A DNA stretch of 63,996 bases, the filler included, from Gonapodya sp. JEL0774 (lineage: Eukaryota): the NCBI GenBank assembly GCA_027604505.1. It is 12 parts of 12 records of this genome, joined end to end, with 100 filler letters (N's around TTAATTAATTAA, not from the genome) between each part and the next. Parts side by side here need not be neighbours in the genome. Positions count along the whole stretch, not along the records: positions 1 to 5,315 come from JADIIX010000740.1; positions 5,416 to 10,727 come from JADIIX010000741.1; positions 10,828 to 16,139 come from JADIIX010000742.1; 9 more parts are not named here. One strand, 5' to 3'. The position numbers and the translations under genes are program-made. The notes beneath the pieces were generated by a model that did not search any database, was not told where the DNA came from, and worked only from the letters and a program-made list of their open reading frames with translations. Below are positions 1 to 12,154 of the stretch, piece by piece. Position 1 is the first letter of the stretch. Each line of letters begins with the position of its first letter.

Positions 1-1001
1 CTGGAAAGATACTAGTACAAGTAGTTGTGTGCGTTTAGTGTCTGTGCACCGGGTGCACAGACCTCCTACTGCCCTTGTAATACTTGTACATCTGTAGGTA
101 GGCGTCATGTCAGGGTCACAGGACGGTAGCCCGTGCACCACGCGAACTGCTATATAATACATAATGTCGGGGCCCAACTGAACATTTTCGCCCTAGTCGT
201 CTCGGCTGGAGCGACGGAACGGCTTTTATTTTGTGTGAACTCTCCTGCAAATATCCTCTCGTCTCGCAGTACGGCACAACACCCTGCCAGTGTTCAAGTT
301 GAAACGTGCACTCCCATTCTATGCTCTGACGCGATACAACTAATATAACAAAGTAAACGCGACTGGCAGAAAGAAATAAATATGTATCAATAACTCGTCC
401 TGGGCCATTCGAGTTGGCTGCGCATAATCCGAGTTTCAAAATCAAAGCAAAAGGGCAGTTTTGTGTATTTATATAATGGAAAAAACTCGCATAGAGAAAA
501 TAACAAAGTAAAGTGTGAATTTGTTTGAACTGGAGCTAATATAAACGGCACCGTCACTATCGATGAATTTTACGAAGAACCGAACTCATTCGTGTAACTC
601 ATTTCGCGGTGAGAAAGGAAGAGGGGCGGGGGGGGGGGGGGTGGGCGGTGGGGGGGGGCCGCCACAGGGAAAATGTATAACGACACGAACCGAAACACGG
701 GGGGCCCACGGTACGGCCCGGGTGGGATTNNNNNNNNNNCCCAGACCGCCCCCCCGCGCCCCCCCGCCAGCCGCCCGCGGGGCGGGCCGCGCCGCGGGCG
801 GCGGGGGGCCCGGGCGCGCCGCGGGGGGGGCGTCCACTCTAAAAATGTTAACCGACAGAATCGTAAACAGGTTGGCTCTCGGTTACACCCGGATTTGAAT
901 TCTTGGGGATGAAGGCAGTGGCGATGTCGAAGGGGACACGACACGGCCAGGGCCAACGTACTTTTTGGGGATGAGATGAGCTTCATTAGCACTCAGCAAA
1001 A

Positions 1002-3742
1002 TCACAAAGAATGGAGAACCCTCACACCCACCTCCCACGTCCTTCCGATGCTGTCACCTCCTTCGACAACACTCATTCCCTTCATCTGCTCCCCAACCAT
1101 GGACCACACTTCTTCATCCAAGGCAGCAGTTTCACCTTCAAGTCGCAACGCCGCCACCACTTTCGAGCGTAGATATTCAGTATCAAGGGCGCCATGGTGG
1201 TTGCGCAGGATCGTCTGTGCTGCCTCAGCGGCACGATTTGCACGCGGGGCGAGAACCTCAAAATGACGACGCTGGACAGTGATCGAGTGGATGCGGTAGG
1301 TCTGGGCTGCAGCCAACGCGAAGACAAAAACGCCAATGAGTGCGACCACGGCCTTTCCAGAGCTGGCAGGCAGCTGGTCAATGATTTTGCTGGTCACTTC
1401 GATGGTCCTGCCCCAAGTTGATACGAAGTGATGCCTTGCGTGCCCAATAGCCACGCGGCCATTTTGCAGTATCAATGACCAATGCTCAGAAGCGAGAGTG
1501 CGCACCGATTGGGGGTATGCGAGAACCAAGGTGGTGGGAAAATCGGGGAAGGGCACTGCGGCAAGTATGGATTCCACGTTCATGGCCTGCACGGACGGAA
1601 CCATTTCGAGAAGTTCACTGATGTTGAGACTCGGAGACTTTGGGAAGGCCGCCCACGCAGTCCGGATATCAATTTTCGGCACAGCTGGGAGCGCTTCCAG
1701 TACCTTGTTGACGTCGACTGTCGGAAATTCTGGAAGAACGCGAATGGCTGTCCAAAAGTCGGCAGTGAGCATACTGATATCGGGAATCCTGGAAACGGCA
1801 CAATCACGCCACTCCTGGACATTGACAGCTGTCAATCCCCACGTGCGGTGATCAGCTAGTGCTGGAACCTTCGCTGCGATATACTGCTCCGCTGTGATTA
1901 ACAAAGAAGGATAGACCGCGAACATCATAGCGGCGGCAACGGCCAGGAGGGTGAACGCCAACAAAGATAGCCTTGGGCCATTGTTCTTCCGATTGATGAC
2001 TGCGTCAGGTACCATGGCAGCCCCTTCGAGTCCGGGAACCTCCATTTCATCAGCTGACGTCTCCCATTCAATGACCTGATAGGGTTCTTCAATTGTCTGT
2101 CCAAGCACCTGCATCTCAGGGATCTCTGCAACTTCATCTGCTCGGAATACGACCTCCTCGGTTGCCATCGGCATCGACGGTCGGGATTTGCTTCTCCCCC
2201 TTGCGCCTGGCACACCCATCGATGAGCGGCGTCGGCGACGAGCACGTTCCTCTTCAGAGGCCTGGGCGTCTCGTGCCCCACCATCTTGGAACGGATTGTC
2301 GCTGGAGAAAGGCGACGAAGGGCGGGAGATCGGAGAGATTGGCGAGGATGGGAATCCAAGTGTGAAGGGAGAACTGGGTGGGCTGACAGGAAGCGGCACT
2401 GCCGCGGCTTCCAAGGCTGCTTTGAAAGCACTATTTGTAGTTTCTTTGTGCGCATTGGAAACAGCAGCTGACGCGCGTCGGGGTGCAGGATTGAGAAGCT
2501 TGGAGACCACCGATTGGCGAGTCGGGGCGGTTGTGGACGCGCGAATTCGTGGGAGAGGGACAGGCGCCACGGTAGCGGCAGCACTTTGAGCGACTGGTGG
2601 ACCAATGGATTTCGACCTTTTGTGCACCGTGTTCTCCAATCTTCTGCCGAGAGGAACTGGTGCGGGTGGTACGAGTGACATTCTGGTGCCCGCCTCGGTC
2701 TGAAGTCCGCGCCCGGTAGGACTTGGGGACACCGGCCTATTGGGGAAGTTTGCACCAGCTGGTTTTTTGACAGCAGTGCTCGGCATGTCCGTGAGCTTGG
2801 CAAACGGTGCAGCGTCTTCAAAGGGGGATATGTCTGTCAACTTGAGAGGCGATACGGCAGCGAATGCGTCGTCGTCGTCGTCGTGCGGTATGTTCTCGGA
2901 GTTGCCGTGACGACGACTTTTGCGGGGAGTTTTTCGGAGACGAGCGGCAATCGTCGGCGCTTCTTCGGGCTCGGAGAAAGCGCCACTCAAAGAGGTGGTC
3001 ATGGGTGCAGCGGAAGGGACTTTCGAGGATGCACGACGGTTGAACTGCCTGGCGTGTACTTCCAGGGCTCCTTCAGACCGCTGAACGGTCTCTGTCCCAT
3101 CGGCACTATCAAGTTGGTGTGGGTGAGTCCGATGAGCAAACATCTGATGGGTTATGCATACTCGAATGACAATTTGCACTTACGCGACATGAATGACACC
3201 CGCACCACTCGGCTTTACTCTGGATTTGGCTCGAAGAATTTCTCCAATACGAGATGAAACTTTCGATTTGAAAAGGTTTATATAGAACTCCTTCTTCTGT
3301 AAATTCAAATTTTGCAGATGATATTCAGTCAGTGTTTGCCACCATAACCAATCCCCATCGATATGATGTAGGGGACAAAACTCGATGATGAAATACGTTG
3401 ATGCGACAGCGCAGATCCCACAGATGGTTGCGTGTCGTTGACATCAGTCCGCTCGTCCACCAGTTCGTGTGCCCGAACGAGCATCGGGCAAAGTTCTCCT
3501 GGCATCGGACCTTTATGGCAGAAAATCTGATGTAGATGCTCCTCCTTAGAATCCTCATGGCAGCTCATCGGCTCATCCGGACTCCCGCCTCCCGATTGCC
3601 GTCGAGTGATAGCGGGCGCCTCCCCCATCCACCCATATCTCACCTGACGAGTCGGCGGAAGTTCCACAGAATGTTTAGAGAGTGTGGAAACGAGCTCGTT
3701 TACTGTCAGCGTCGAAGGATCAAAGCCCGTTGCGAGTTCCAT
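1002..3742 (-). CDS. Src1/Man1 (Heh)-like inner nuclear membrane protein, 3 exons
   Basis: Exon 3742-3644 (MELATGFDPSTLTVNELVSTLSKHSVELPPTRQ) splices in frame via GT-AG to exon 3296-3184 (KKEFYINLFKSKVSSRIGEILRAKSRVKPSGAGVIHV), forming a HeH/LEM-type domain. It then joins the long ORF with a S/P-rich region, two hydrophobic segments and an MSC-like C-terminus (EYLRSKVV...VWSMV...RTWEVG). Confidence 0.8.
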
Positions 3743-4149
3743 CGTGTTCCAATAGTTCCTGGATGCTTGGGCTGCGTGAAGGAGTCGAGCAAGGGCAGGG
3801 CTGTGCCACCACGCAAGCAAGTTCAGTCCTTTCAGTGCTTTCAGTGCTGTCCAAGTTTTCTTACAGCGATTTATGCAAGTCATTCGAATTTTTCCAGACA
3901 GACTAACTTTGTGGGATTGAGTTGCTTGTTTACGGAGACAGACACACATTTATCATTGGGGTATTCCGTCGTCAATCCAGCTATTTATGTAAACAAAATA
4001 ACCAGGAATAGGTGGATGGGATTTTGCTGAATTACATAAATCTTCACCCCAGGTCTGAGCGATATGTAGTTGCTGATCAGTGCAGGGTTTGTCAAAGAAT
4101 TCTTCACCAAAAGGCCGACTGACAGACGCCTAAGAAAACCATATCGCTA

Positions 4150-5127
4150 ATGGCTGCATCGAAACCTCTCTGTGCGATCGTTGGAGTTGGACCAGTAGGT
4201 CCTGCGTAGTTTCTCATTCTAATGCGTGAAGGTCCTTTCCTTCGTCTCATCTGCATACCGACATAAATATGTAGCAATTGGGATTCTCCCTCGCGAAACT
4301 CTTCTCATCCCAGGGCTACTCCCTCGCTTTGTTATCTCGCAATCAGAAAAACCTTGCAGATTACGTCCAGCAGGTCACGGCGGCCGGAGGCGTTGCTTCA
4401 CCTTTTGCATGCGACGCCGGCGATGAACGATCCATCGACGAAGCCTACGCTAATATGAAGGCAGAGATGGGTGATCCAGACGTACTGGTCTACAACGCTG
4501 CGGCTCTCAAGCCTGGACTTCCCTCTGCGTCGACATTCCATCGGTTAGTCGAAGATTTCAAGGTGAGCGACATCGTATCGTGCAAGAACCCACGGCACTT
4601 GGCACCCATCCGCCATATTATCGGGACTTTCATAGGTCAACGTTGCAGGCGCCAACAAATGGGCGCAATTGTGTGCTCCGGCTATGAAAGCGCGCGGTAA
4701 AGGGACCATCGTCCTTACAGGAGGTATATTGGCGAAGAGCCCGATGAAACAATACTCGAGTGTTTCTCTGGGGAAAGCAGCAATGTGGAACTTGGCGGGC
4801 TCATTGTCGCAGGAACTGAAGTCTCAGGGAATTCATGTTTGCACTGTGAGGTGCTCTGCTTCATTTGATATTGCGCTCCTGCATTTAAACTTGAACGTGT
4901 CCCGAATATATTCATTCGCCATTCCAAAGGTGACTGTATGTGGATTTATCAAGCACGGAACGGCTTTTGGTGGGTGGTACACATTGCCATAATGCAGTTA
5001 CATGAAACTTGACCTCAGCTTCACGTTAGATCCCGATGAAATCGCAAAAGCGCATTGGGATCTCCATTCACAACCAAAAGACAAGTGGCAGTTTGAGTAT
5101 GAGTTTAAGGGCGTCAAGCGAACATGA
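4150..5127 (+). CDS. Short-chain dehydrogenase/reductase, multi-exon
   Basis: Spliced MAASKPLCAIVGVGP-QLGFSLAK Rossmann motif, VLVYNAA, YSSVSLGK, C-terminal DPDEIAKAHWDLHSQPKDKWQFE; stop TGA 5125-5127. Confidence 0.88.
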
Positions 5128-5315
5128 ATGGAGAAGATTGTGTACACACTATGTACCTCAGCAATACACATGTCAAGGATTGATCGATGTTATTACGAAT
5201 TAATTGGTGCAAAATTAATTAGTTCTCTGTCGTCAAAACAATAATAGTGGGTTTCAAAGTTGACTGAAATCGAATTATAATACGCACATTCTCGGCGACT
5301 TAAATATTGGAACAT

Positions 5316-5415
5316 NNNNNNNNNNNNNNNNNNNNNNNNNNNNNNNNNNNNNNNNNNNNTTAATTAATTAANNNNNNNNNNNNNNNNNNNNNNNNNNNNN
5401 NNNNNNNNNNNNNNN
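5316..5415. other. Artificial contig spacer (N-run, TTAATTAATTAA, N-run); first of 11
   Basis: Identical 100-nt linkers with stops in all six frames also at 10728, 16140, 21549, 26940, 32325, 37708, 43088, 48452, 53816 and 59178. Confidence 0.98.
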
Positions 5416-5466
5416 GCAACTAAATTCACCGATTCCTATCTCAACTTCGAGCAAACCCGAATCATC

Positions 5467-6993
5467 ATGAGCGCCGGTAAACTCCAGAACAAGGTGAGCC
5501 CATCCACGGACAGAATCCAGCCCACTGGAGTCAAGCCAATACTGAACACCACGTCACATAAAAGGTCGCCATCGTGACGGGAGGAGGCGCGGGTTTTGGC
5601 GAGGGCATATGCAAGCTCTTTTCGAAAGAGGGCGCCAAGATCATCGTCGTCGACCTGAGTGAGTGTCGACTTCTCCGAAGCTTTTGGTAGCGAGAGTTTT
5701 GACTTACCCAACGGTTTCTGACAGATGGAGATGCAGCAAAGCGTGTTGCTGAAGAAATCACCAAGGCTGGAGGTGCGTTTGACACACTTGCTATCTACAT
5801 TTGGAGCGAGGCTCCACCTATTCTGGTCCTCAACGACAATCTAGGTGACGCAAAGGGAATCAAATCGGATGTTACCAGCAAGTGAGACCAGACTTTGCCA
5901 AAACGTATGCTCGCTCAATCGAACATGCGGTGTGACTCAATCGAATATCTTTAGGGAGGACGTGGCGGCTTTCACAAAGGTGACTCAATCACTCTACTTG
6001 GCTCAACACTTTGAGGCCGTTCACACAATGCACCGACGGTGTTTCTCGTTCCATACTCTTTCAGCTGGCCTTGGATTCCTACGGAAGAATCGATATCCTC
6101 GTCAAGTACGTCGGTAGCTTTTGAACTTTACCAGATCTGGATTTCCCAATGGGTGAACATTCTCCTTGACAAAACCAGCAACGCCGGTTACACTCACCGT
6201 AACCAGCCCCTGCTCGACGTCAGTGAAGAGCAATATGATCGCGTGTTCAATGTTAATGTGAAAGGTACCGGCTCAGAGGGATTGACATCGGGATTCCTCA
6301 CCTGACACATTGTCCCCAAAATTATACGGGTAGCCGTCTTCCTAGCAGCGAAGGAAGTAATTCCCGTGTTCCGCAAACAAGGATGGGGAGGATGCATCAT
6401 CAACACAGCGTGTGAGTTCAGCGGGCAGCCTTGGAGCCGAAGCGACGGACGCAAGTTCATCTCTTGCTGCTTCTACACAGCAACGGCTGGTCTTCGCCCA
6501 CGCCCAGGCCTTGTCTGGTACAACTCGAGCAAAGGCGCGGTAATTTCCATGACTAAATCCATGGGTAAGCATTCGCAACCCTCCGTTCCATGTTTTCTCG
6601 TTGCTCTTTCTGAACTGGGTTTCCGTTTCTCTCTCCTACACCGCCTCACCTCCTCTTCGCCCCTTCAGCCGTTGAACTCGCCCCGGAAAAGATCCGCGTC
6701 AACGCCATCTGCCCCGTCGCCGGGGAGACGCAAATGCTGGCCGACTTCATGGGCCAGGACACGCCCGAGATCCGCGCCAAGTTCGTCGCTTCCGTGCCCA
6801 TTGGACGGTTGTCGCAGCCGCAAGAGTGGGTACTTTGTCATTTTGAAAATGCCAGAGTCGGACCGTGCAAATTGAGGCTAACTGCCGCCACACTCGCTGC
6901 CGCTTCAGTATCGCCGAGTGCGCGCTGTACCTTGCCGCGCAGGATTTCACAACGGGTGTTGCGTTGGAGATCGACGGTGGACGGTGTATTTGA
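5467..6993 (+). CDS. Classical SDR (FabG/TsaC-like oxidoreductase), many introns
   Basis: MSAGKLQNK-VAIVTGGGAGFGEGI, NAGYTHRNQP, LRPRPGLVWYNSSKGA (YxxxK), IRVNAICPVAGET, LEIDGGRCI stop. Confidence 0.92.
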
Positions 6994-7508
6994 ACACGAA
7001 AAAGTATCATGGTCGTAGCTCCACGAATATATATGCCTTCGCCTGCGCTGTACCATGTCACTCTTGTCGTTCTTGCGTCTAAATTCATCGCAAGTGGAAT
7101 GTCCCCGCCACATTGGCGTCATCTTCTGCGCGGTAGGGTTTTGTATATTGGACGGCGCAATGGTCTAATTGTATGGGTCATGTCTTGTCTTGTACGGGTG
7201 ATAGCAGGACCACTCCCGGACCTCATCCAACATCTTGACTCGTGTGCTGAATCCTTCAGAGTGCATATGTAAGTTCCAATATGTATCAATCGAGAATCCC
7301 GTCAATATGCCTTCAGCATTGCACGCTCCTACGACCACGATGGACGGGATGAACTAGAATGCTTATAAACGACTCGCAATCGACAGATGTAATGTAATTT
7401 GGTGAACATCTGTCGTGCCCCTTTTTGGATGCGTGCGGCGTTGTGATCGACCGAGGTCAGTGGTTTTGAAGCAAGAGCCGCCAAAAGCACACCACTTCAG
7501 GTCTGTTT

Positions 7509-8820
7509 ATGGAAGACAGTCGGGGATGGAATGGCGAACGATTCGCCAAGATAGCAATGGCGGGTTGGATCGTCACGCTGGCTTTGTCTGTCTTAGTGAG
7601 TCTGGCTCAATATTGAATATTGGTTTGCGAACTTGTTTCGACGAGCTCATTCTCACCAAAGAATCCGCACCACACCAGTACTTCTTGGGTCAAGAGCCTC
7701 CGCCTGTATCAGTCGAGATTGCAGCTCCCGCATCGTGTCCCTCCCAAACTTTAGAACCAGAGTCAACCGAGGACTCGCATTCCCTCGAGAATGAACTGCC
7801 GCTGTGTTCAGGAATGGACTACACCCCCGGCGTATGGACTCGCACTACCAATCCGGTGTTTCTTCCCTGCTGCGGCTGGCTCGACACGTCCCGCGACACA
7901 CCGGGCGGTTTCTGTGGGTCCTTCTCACCCGATGGGGAAAACGCGTACAGAGGTAACCCCACGGGTACGCCACTTCCCGGATCGGACGAGTGTCTGTGTG
8001 GAGTTATCAGCACGTTGGACATGTATCGATACCGCCCCCAGCGGTGTCGGTTGGGTAGGTGGGACGCGAAGAGGTTTTGTGAGTTGCTGGGGAACAGTGG
8101 TGATGATTGGTGATTCGACGATGGGACAGTGGGCTTCGACGTTGATAAATAGAGTGACGATGGATTTGGGAACCGAGGGGTGTCAGTTTAATATTGTTTA
8201 CGAGGTAAGTGCTTCTCAGAGCGAATCAATCAATTCTGGGACCTGCTCATTTCCTACAGCGTCGACTGACCTGACAACGCTTTTCTCACAATGACTTCAA
8301 GATGTCTGACACGCTTGTGGGTCGCGCTTTTGGATGGTTCAATCGGGGCCTCTCCTGGACTGAGATTGTAAGGAAGCGGAAACCAGACATGGTAATAATC
8401 TCCGCTGGACCTCACGTCACAGCCGCCGTGGGTACGCCTGGAATGCGAGAGATTGTTGATCAAGTGTCAGCGGAGCACCTCGAACATTTCCCCGACCTCC
8501 CGCTCATCTGGCGTTCTCAGCCCCCGGCGGGATGTGCTGAACGAACGCACCACGAAACCCTCGAGGTGGAGCCCTTCATGAGCCGCTCCAAGAACGACAC
8601 AATGTACAATTACCGTTTCTTCCTCGAGTGGGATGATCTCGCGCGCGAAATTTTTGACCGGCCAGACCTCAACAGGCGGTTTTTGGACATTTCCCCATTG
8701 TACGCGCGCATGCCAGACAAGGCCGCCGGTGACTGCATGCATTTTTGCACCGGTGCCCTTGCTAGTTTTGTAGGCGATGTCCTCCTGCACGCTATTTCGG
8801 ATGTGTGGCCGGAACGATGA
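7509..8820 (+). CDS. PC-esterase/TBL-type SGNH acyltransferase/esterase, type II membrane; frameshifted near 8096
   Basis: N-terminal TM segment (WIVTLALSVL), Cys-rich region (CSGMDYTPGVW...YRPQRCRL), VVMIGDS motif and DCMHFC (DxxH). The reading frame changes between CELLGN and VVMIGDS. Confidence 0.75.
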
Positions 8821-9011
8821 GCCGGATGGCCAGATTCCTGATTCGCGCATTGACCGGTCACATTGTAGGTTCGCTTGTGAATATAAATGAGGCAATTACA
8901 TATGGTTCTCAATATTTCCTTGAGTTGGCGGTGCATGTTTGTGTTGATCACCACTGCCTCCTTGTTCCTCAACTGTCCTGAACTGGATCCTTTGCAAACA
9001 CCACATGTCTC

Positions 9012-10727
9012 ATGGACGGCTCGGACGCCATTTACGCCAGCAAACCCGCACACAAGAGAACGATCTCCGATGACACTCTTGTGGACGTCCCGGTCCCGCC
9101 GTTGGAAAACGGTCTCGAGGAACAAGGACCCGGCGAACCTGCTGCGGCAAGATCATATTCCCCATTCACAGTTCTTGGAGAAAATCGATGGTGGAACTGG
9201 ACTGTGATCTGTGCTTTTATTGTTGCATCCGTAGCGTGGGTTCTGGAGGCGACCCGTCGAGGTGGTGGTGAGTCGACCCTGGTTAGGAATGATGTTTTGA
9301 AATCATGACCACTTAGCCGCCTTTGCTCTACCTTACGGAACAATTGAAACTCTTAGTAAGCGCTTACGATTCTGGAGGATGTGACTCTCTGATGCTCCAT
9401 GGACGTTGGCTGCAAAGTTTTACGAACAAGCACGCATCTTGGCAACCGTCACACTGTTTCGCTGCAAAGTATCGATCCCGTGATATTGACAACTGTCTGA
9501 GAGGACAGAGAGTGGTCTTCGCTGGAGATTCGACTGCCAGATCGATGTTTGAGACAGCTGTCGCGCGGTCAGGTATCCTCCTAGGAAACGACACTGAAAG
9601 ATCGATTGACCGGCACGCCAACATTGCAGTGACATCTGCACTGGGTGTGACATTTGAGATGTTGTGGGATCCATACATCAACAGTTCTCTGTGGAACTAC
9701 ATCGAAGAGGCTCAAACGGACAATCAGAAGAGAGCAGCTCTAGTGTACATCAAAGCCGGATATTGGGATATCAAGAACTCAGGACCCACCGGACTGGAAA
9801 GATGGTCACACGAAGTAAATCGTATTGCTGACTTTGTTGGCAAGCACGGCGTGGAGAGTCTTACGACCGGACACGTCGTGGTCTCGTTTCTCCACCCAAC
9901 GGTGGAGGAAGCACTGTCGAATTCCCGAAAGTCTATCACAAACGCTTTAACTGAAGCTTACAACCGGCATTTGTATCGAGCGTTTGTGCCTGATTCGCCA
10001 GCCAACCGCTGGGGTGACTCCCTGGAACCCGCCCTGTCCCGATTCTCTCGGGTCTTACTTCCGTTCGCTGCGCTTGAGATGCACAGGAGTGCACCTGAAC
10101 TCACCCTTGATGGACTCCACTATCAATCTGTGATACAAGATGCCGAGCTGGACGTTATTTTCAATCGTATTTGCAATGCGAAGCTCGAGTCTCGCCATCC
10201 TCCGTTTCGGTCGTCATGTTGTGTTACTTACCCCAAGCCGGGGTGGAAGTCAGCGGTATGGATGATTGCACTCGTGGCACTTGGACCCGCGATTTTCTTA
10301 CTGCGATGGGCACGTAAGTCCTTGAATGCTCTGTTTGTGCACTAAGATTTGCTTCACCGAGTTTCGTCCACTTCCAAGTCGCAAATTCGAACGCATCTAA
10401 AGTCCTGCCCGCTACTCCCATCACTCGCGCTATCAGTGTTCTCTCGCTCGCTGTTCTTGTTTGCTTTGTCACTGACCGCACAGGCCTATTTCAGAAGGAG
10501 AACAAGGAATTTTCGTCAATTGCATTCGGTGCGACCTTGGGAGGAATATTTCTGTGTGGATGGGCGACAGCGAGAAGTGGGAAAGACTATTCTTTTCTGA
10601 ATCGCGACCAGACTGATGAATGGAAAGGGTGGATGCAGTTGGTGATCTTCCTCTACCACTACACGGGAGGGTCAAGTGTACCGGGAGTGTACCATGGTGC
10701 GTTCTCCAAGTTCGTGCTGGTGTAAGA
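9012..10727 (+). CDS. CAS1: CAS1/CASD1-type O-acetyltransferase (SGNH domain plus multi-TM acyltransferase), 3' truncated by contig end
   Basis: VVFAGDSTAR, DGLHY, NRICN, DRTGLFQKENK and LNRDQTDEWKGWMQLVIFLYHY match the Cas1p family (Cryptococcus capsule synthesis 1; unrelated to CRISPR Cas1). Confidence 0.92.
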
Positions 10728-10827
10728 NNNNNNNNNNNNNNNNNNNNNNNNNNNNNNNNNNNNNNNNNNNNTTAATTAATTAANNNNNNNNNNNNNNNNN
10801 NNNNNNNNNNNNNNNNNNNNNNNNNNN

Positions 10828-11780
10828 ACCAATCACTTGTTTGTGGATTCGGATGACATCAAAGAGAGCGGGTTCATCCACGTCTTGCCCAAGAACATTC
10901 TCAAGCGATTCATCACCGTTTCTGACCTGCGCACCCAAGTTGCCGGGTTCATGTACGGCGCATCGCCTCCCGACAACTCACAGGTGAAGGAAGTACGGTG
11001 TATCGTCATGGTACCGCAATGGGGAACGCACCAACAAGTCCACTTGCCCCACCTCCTCCCCGAGCACGAATACCTCAAGGACTTGGAACCGCTCGGTTGG
11101 ATTCACACCCAGCCGTCCATGTTGCCCCAGCTTCCCCCCGTGGACGTGATCACCCAAGCCAAGATCCTGGCCGACAACAGCACCTGGGACGGAGAAAAGT
11201 GCATTGTCGTCAGCGCGTCCTTCACTCCGGGATCGGTCTCGTTGGCCGCGTACAAGCTCACACCGAGTGGTTTCGAGTGGGGCCGCACCGCATCGCTCAA
11301 GGAAGGCGCGAACCCACAAGGCTACTTGCCCAGCCACTACGAGAAATCGCAGATCCACTTGAGCGAGAGGTTCCTCGGGTTCTTCATGGTTCCCGACGGC
11401 GACGGAATCTGGAACTACAACTTTATGGGAGCCAAATGGAGGCAGGACATGCGGTACAGTTTGAAGCTCGATCTGCCGCTCGAATTTTACAACGAGTTGC
11501 ACAGACCGGCACACTTTTTGAACGTGGGTTTGGACTCAGGTGACTGTTTTGAAATGGCGGAGGAATTGTTCTAACAAGAGTATTATTGCTTTTTGGATTC
11601 TCCCCTATCAACAACAGTTCGCTGCCGTGGAGGATGAAGGTTTTGGCAACACCGGTGCGGGCGTAAACGTCGAGGTGGATCGGGAAGATGTGAGTGTCAA
11701 CCTTTTCTCACAAGCGTTTGCAAAGCGCATATTGTCTTAATCAAGTCGAGCACCTTTCTCCCTTGTAGGAATTCTCGTGA
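10828..11780 (+). CDS. PRP8: Pre-mRNA splicing factor Prp8, C-terminal MPN/JAB-PROCT part (5' truncated)
   Basis: [78 protein letters not shown]; two short 3' introns give ...DREDEFS stop. Confidence 0.98.
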
Positions 11781-11890
11781 ACATGTTTCTGTGAGTCCTA
11801 GCCGAGTTGGAGAAAATTGTACAGATTTTTGGACGGGCGAAAACTCAATTGTGACCAGTCGGGTCGCCACACTCTGTAAATGGATATAAT

Positions 11891-11986
11891 AGTCCAATAA
11901 CATCGAAGATAGCAATCAATGCACCAAAATTAGTGAACAGTCTAATAACATTGAATATAGCACTCAATGCACCAAAATTAGTGAAC
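11891..11986. repeat. Two-copy 48-bp imperfect tandem repeat
   Basis: agtccaataacatcgaagatagcaatcaatgcaccaaaattagtgaac followed by agtctaataacattgaatatagcactcaatgcaccaaaattagtgaac. Confidence 0.9.
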
Positions 11987-12154
11987 AGGGACACATTACA
12001 TTGACGTATTTCGAATGTCATGAGGACAGAGTCATCGCAAGTACGCTAATGGTGATGGCTACAATACATAAGGGTCGCCCTGGTTTTCATCAGCTTGATC
12101 TTCAATTTGAATTCCTAACCTGCAAGGTCTGTTCACATTAACTGTCGAAATTAT

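Noticed and set aside
620..840. Extremely G/C-rich runs with G-quadruplex potential and Gly/Pro ORFs
   Set aside because: They flank a 10-N gap and look like low-quality read ends; the ORFs are compositional artefacts.
3297..3643. Long first intron of the Src1-like gene with faint HeH-like peptides (ELP...KEEHLHQIF) or a possible snoRNA
   Set aside because: Similarity needs a stop and a frameshift, and box motifs are unconvincing; not distinguishable from chance by eye.
5360..5372. Regularly spaced TTAATTAATTAA as a biological repeat or array
   Set aside because: Embedded in N-runs; a six-frame-stop assembly linker.
4150..6993. Two adjacent SDR genes as a metabolic cluster
   Set aside because: They lie on different contigs separated by an artificial spacer.
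9012..10727. Cas1 name suggesting a CRISPR system
   Set aside because: The motifs are those of the Cas1p O-acetyltransferase; no CRISPR array or cas genes are visible.
10828..11780. PRP8 intein
   Set aside because: The visible C-terminal part is colinear with normal Prp8 and shows no insertion; the rest of the gene is outside the contig.
11891..11986. 48-bp repeat as a mini-CRISPR
   Set aside because: Only two abutting copies with no spacer; a simple tandem duplication, like 56544-56597.
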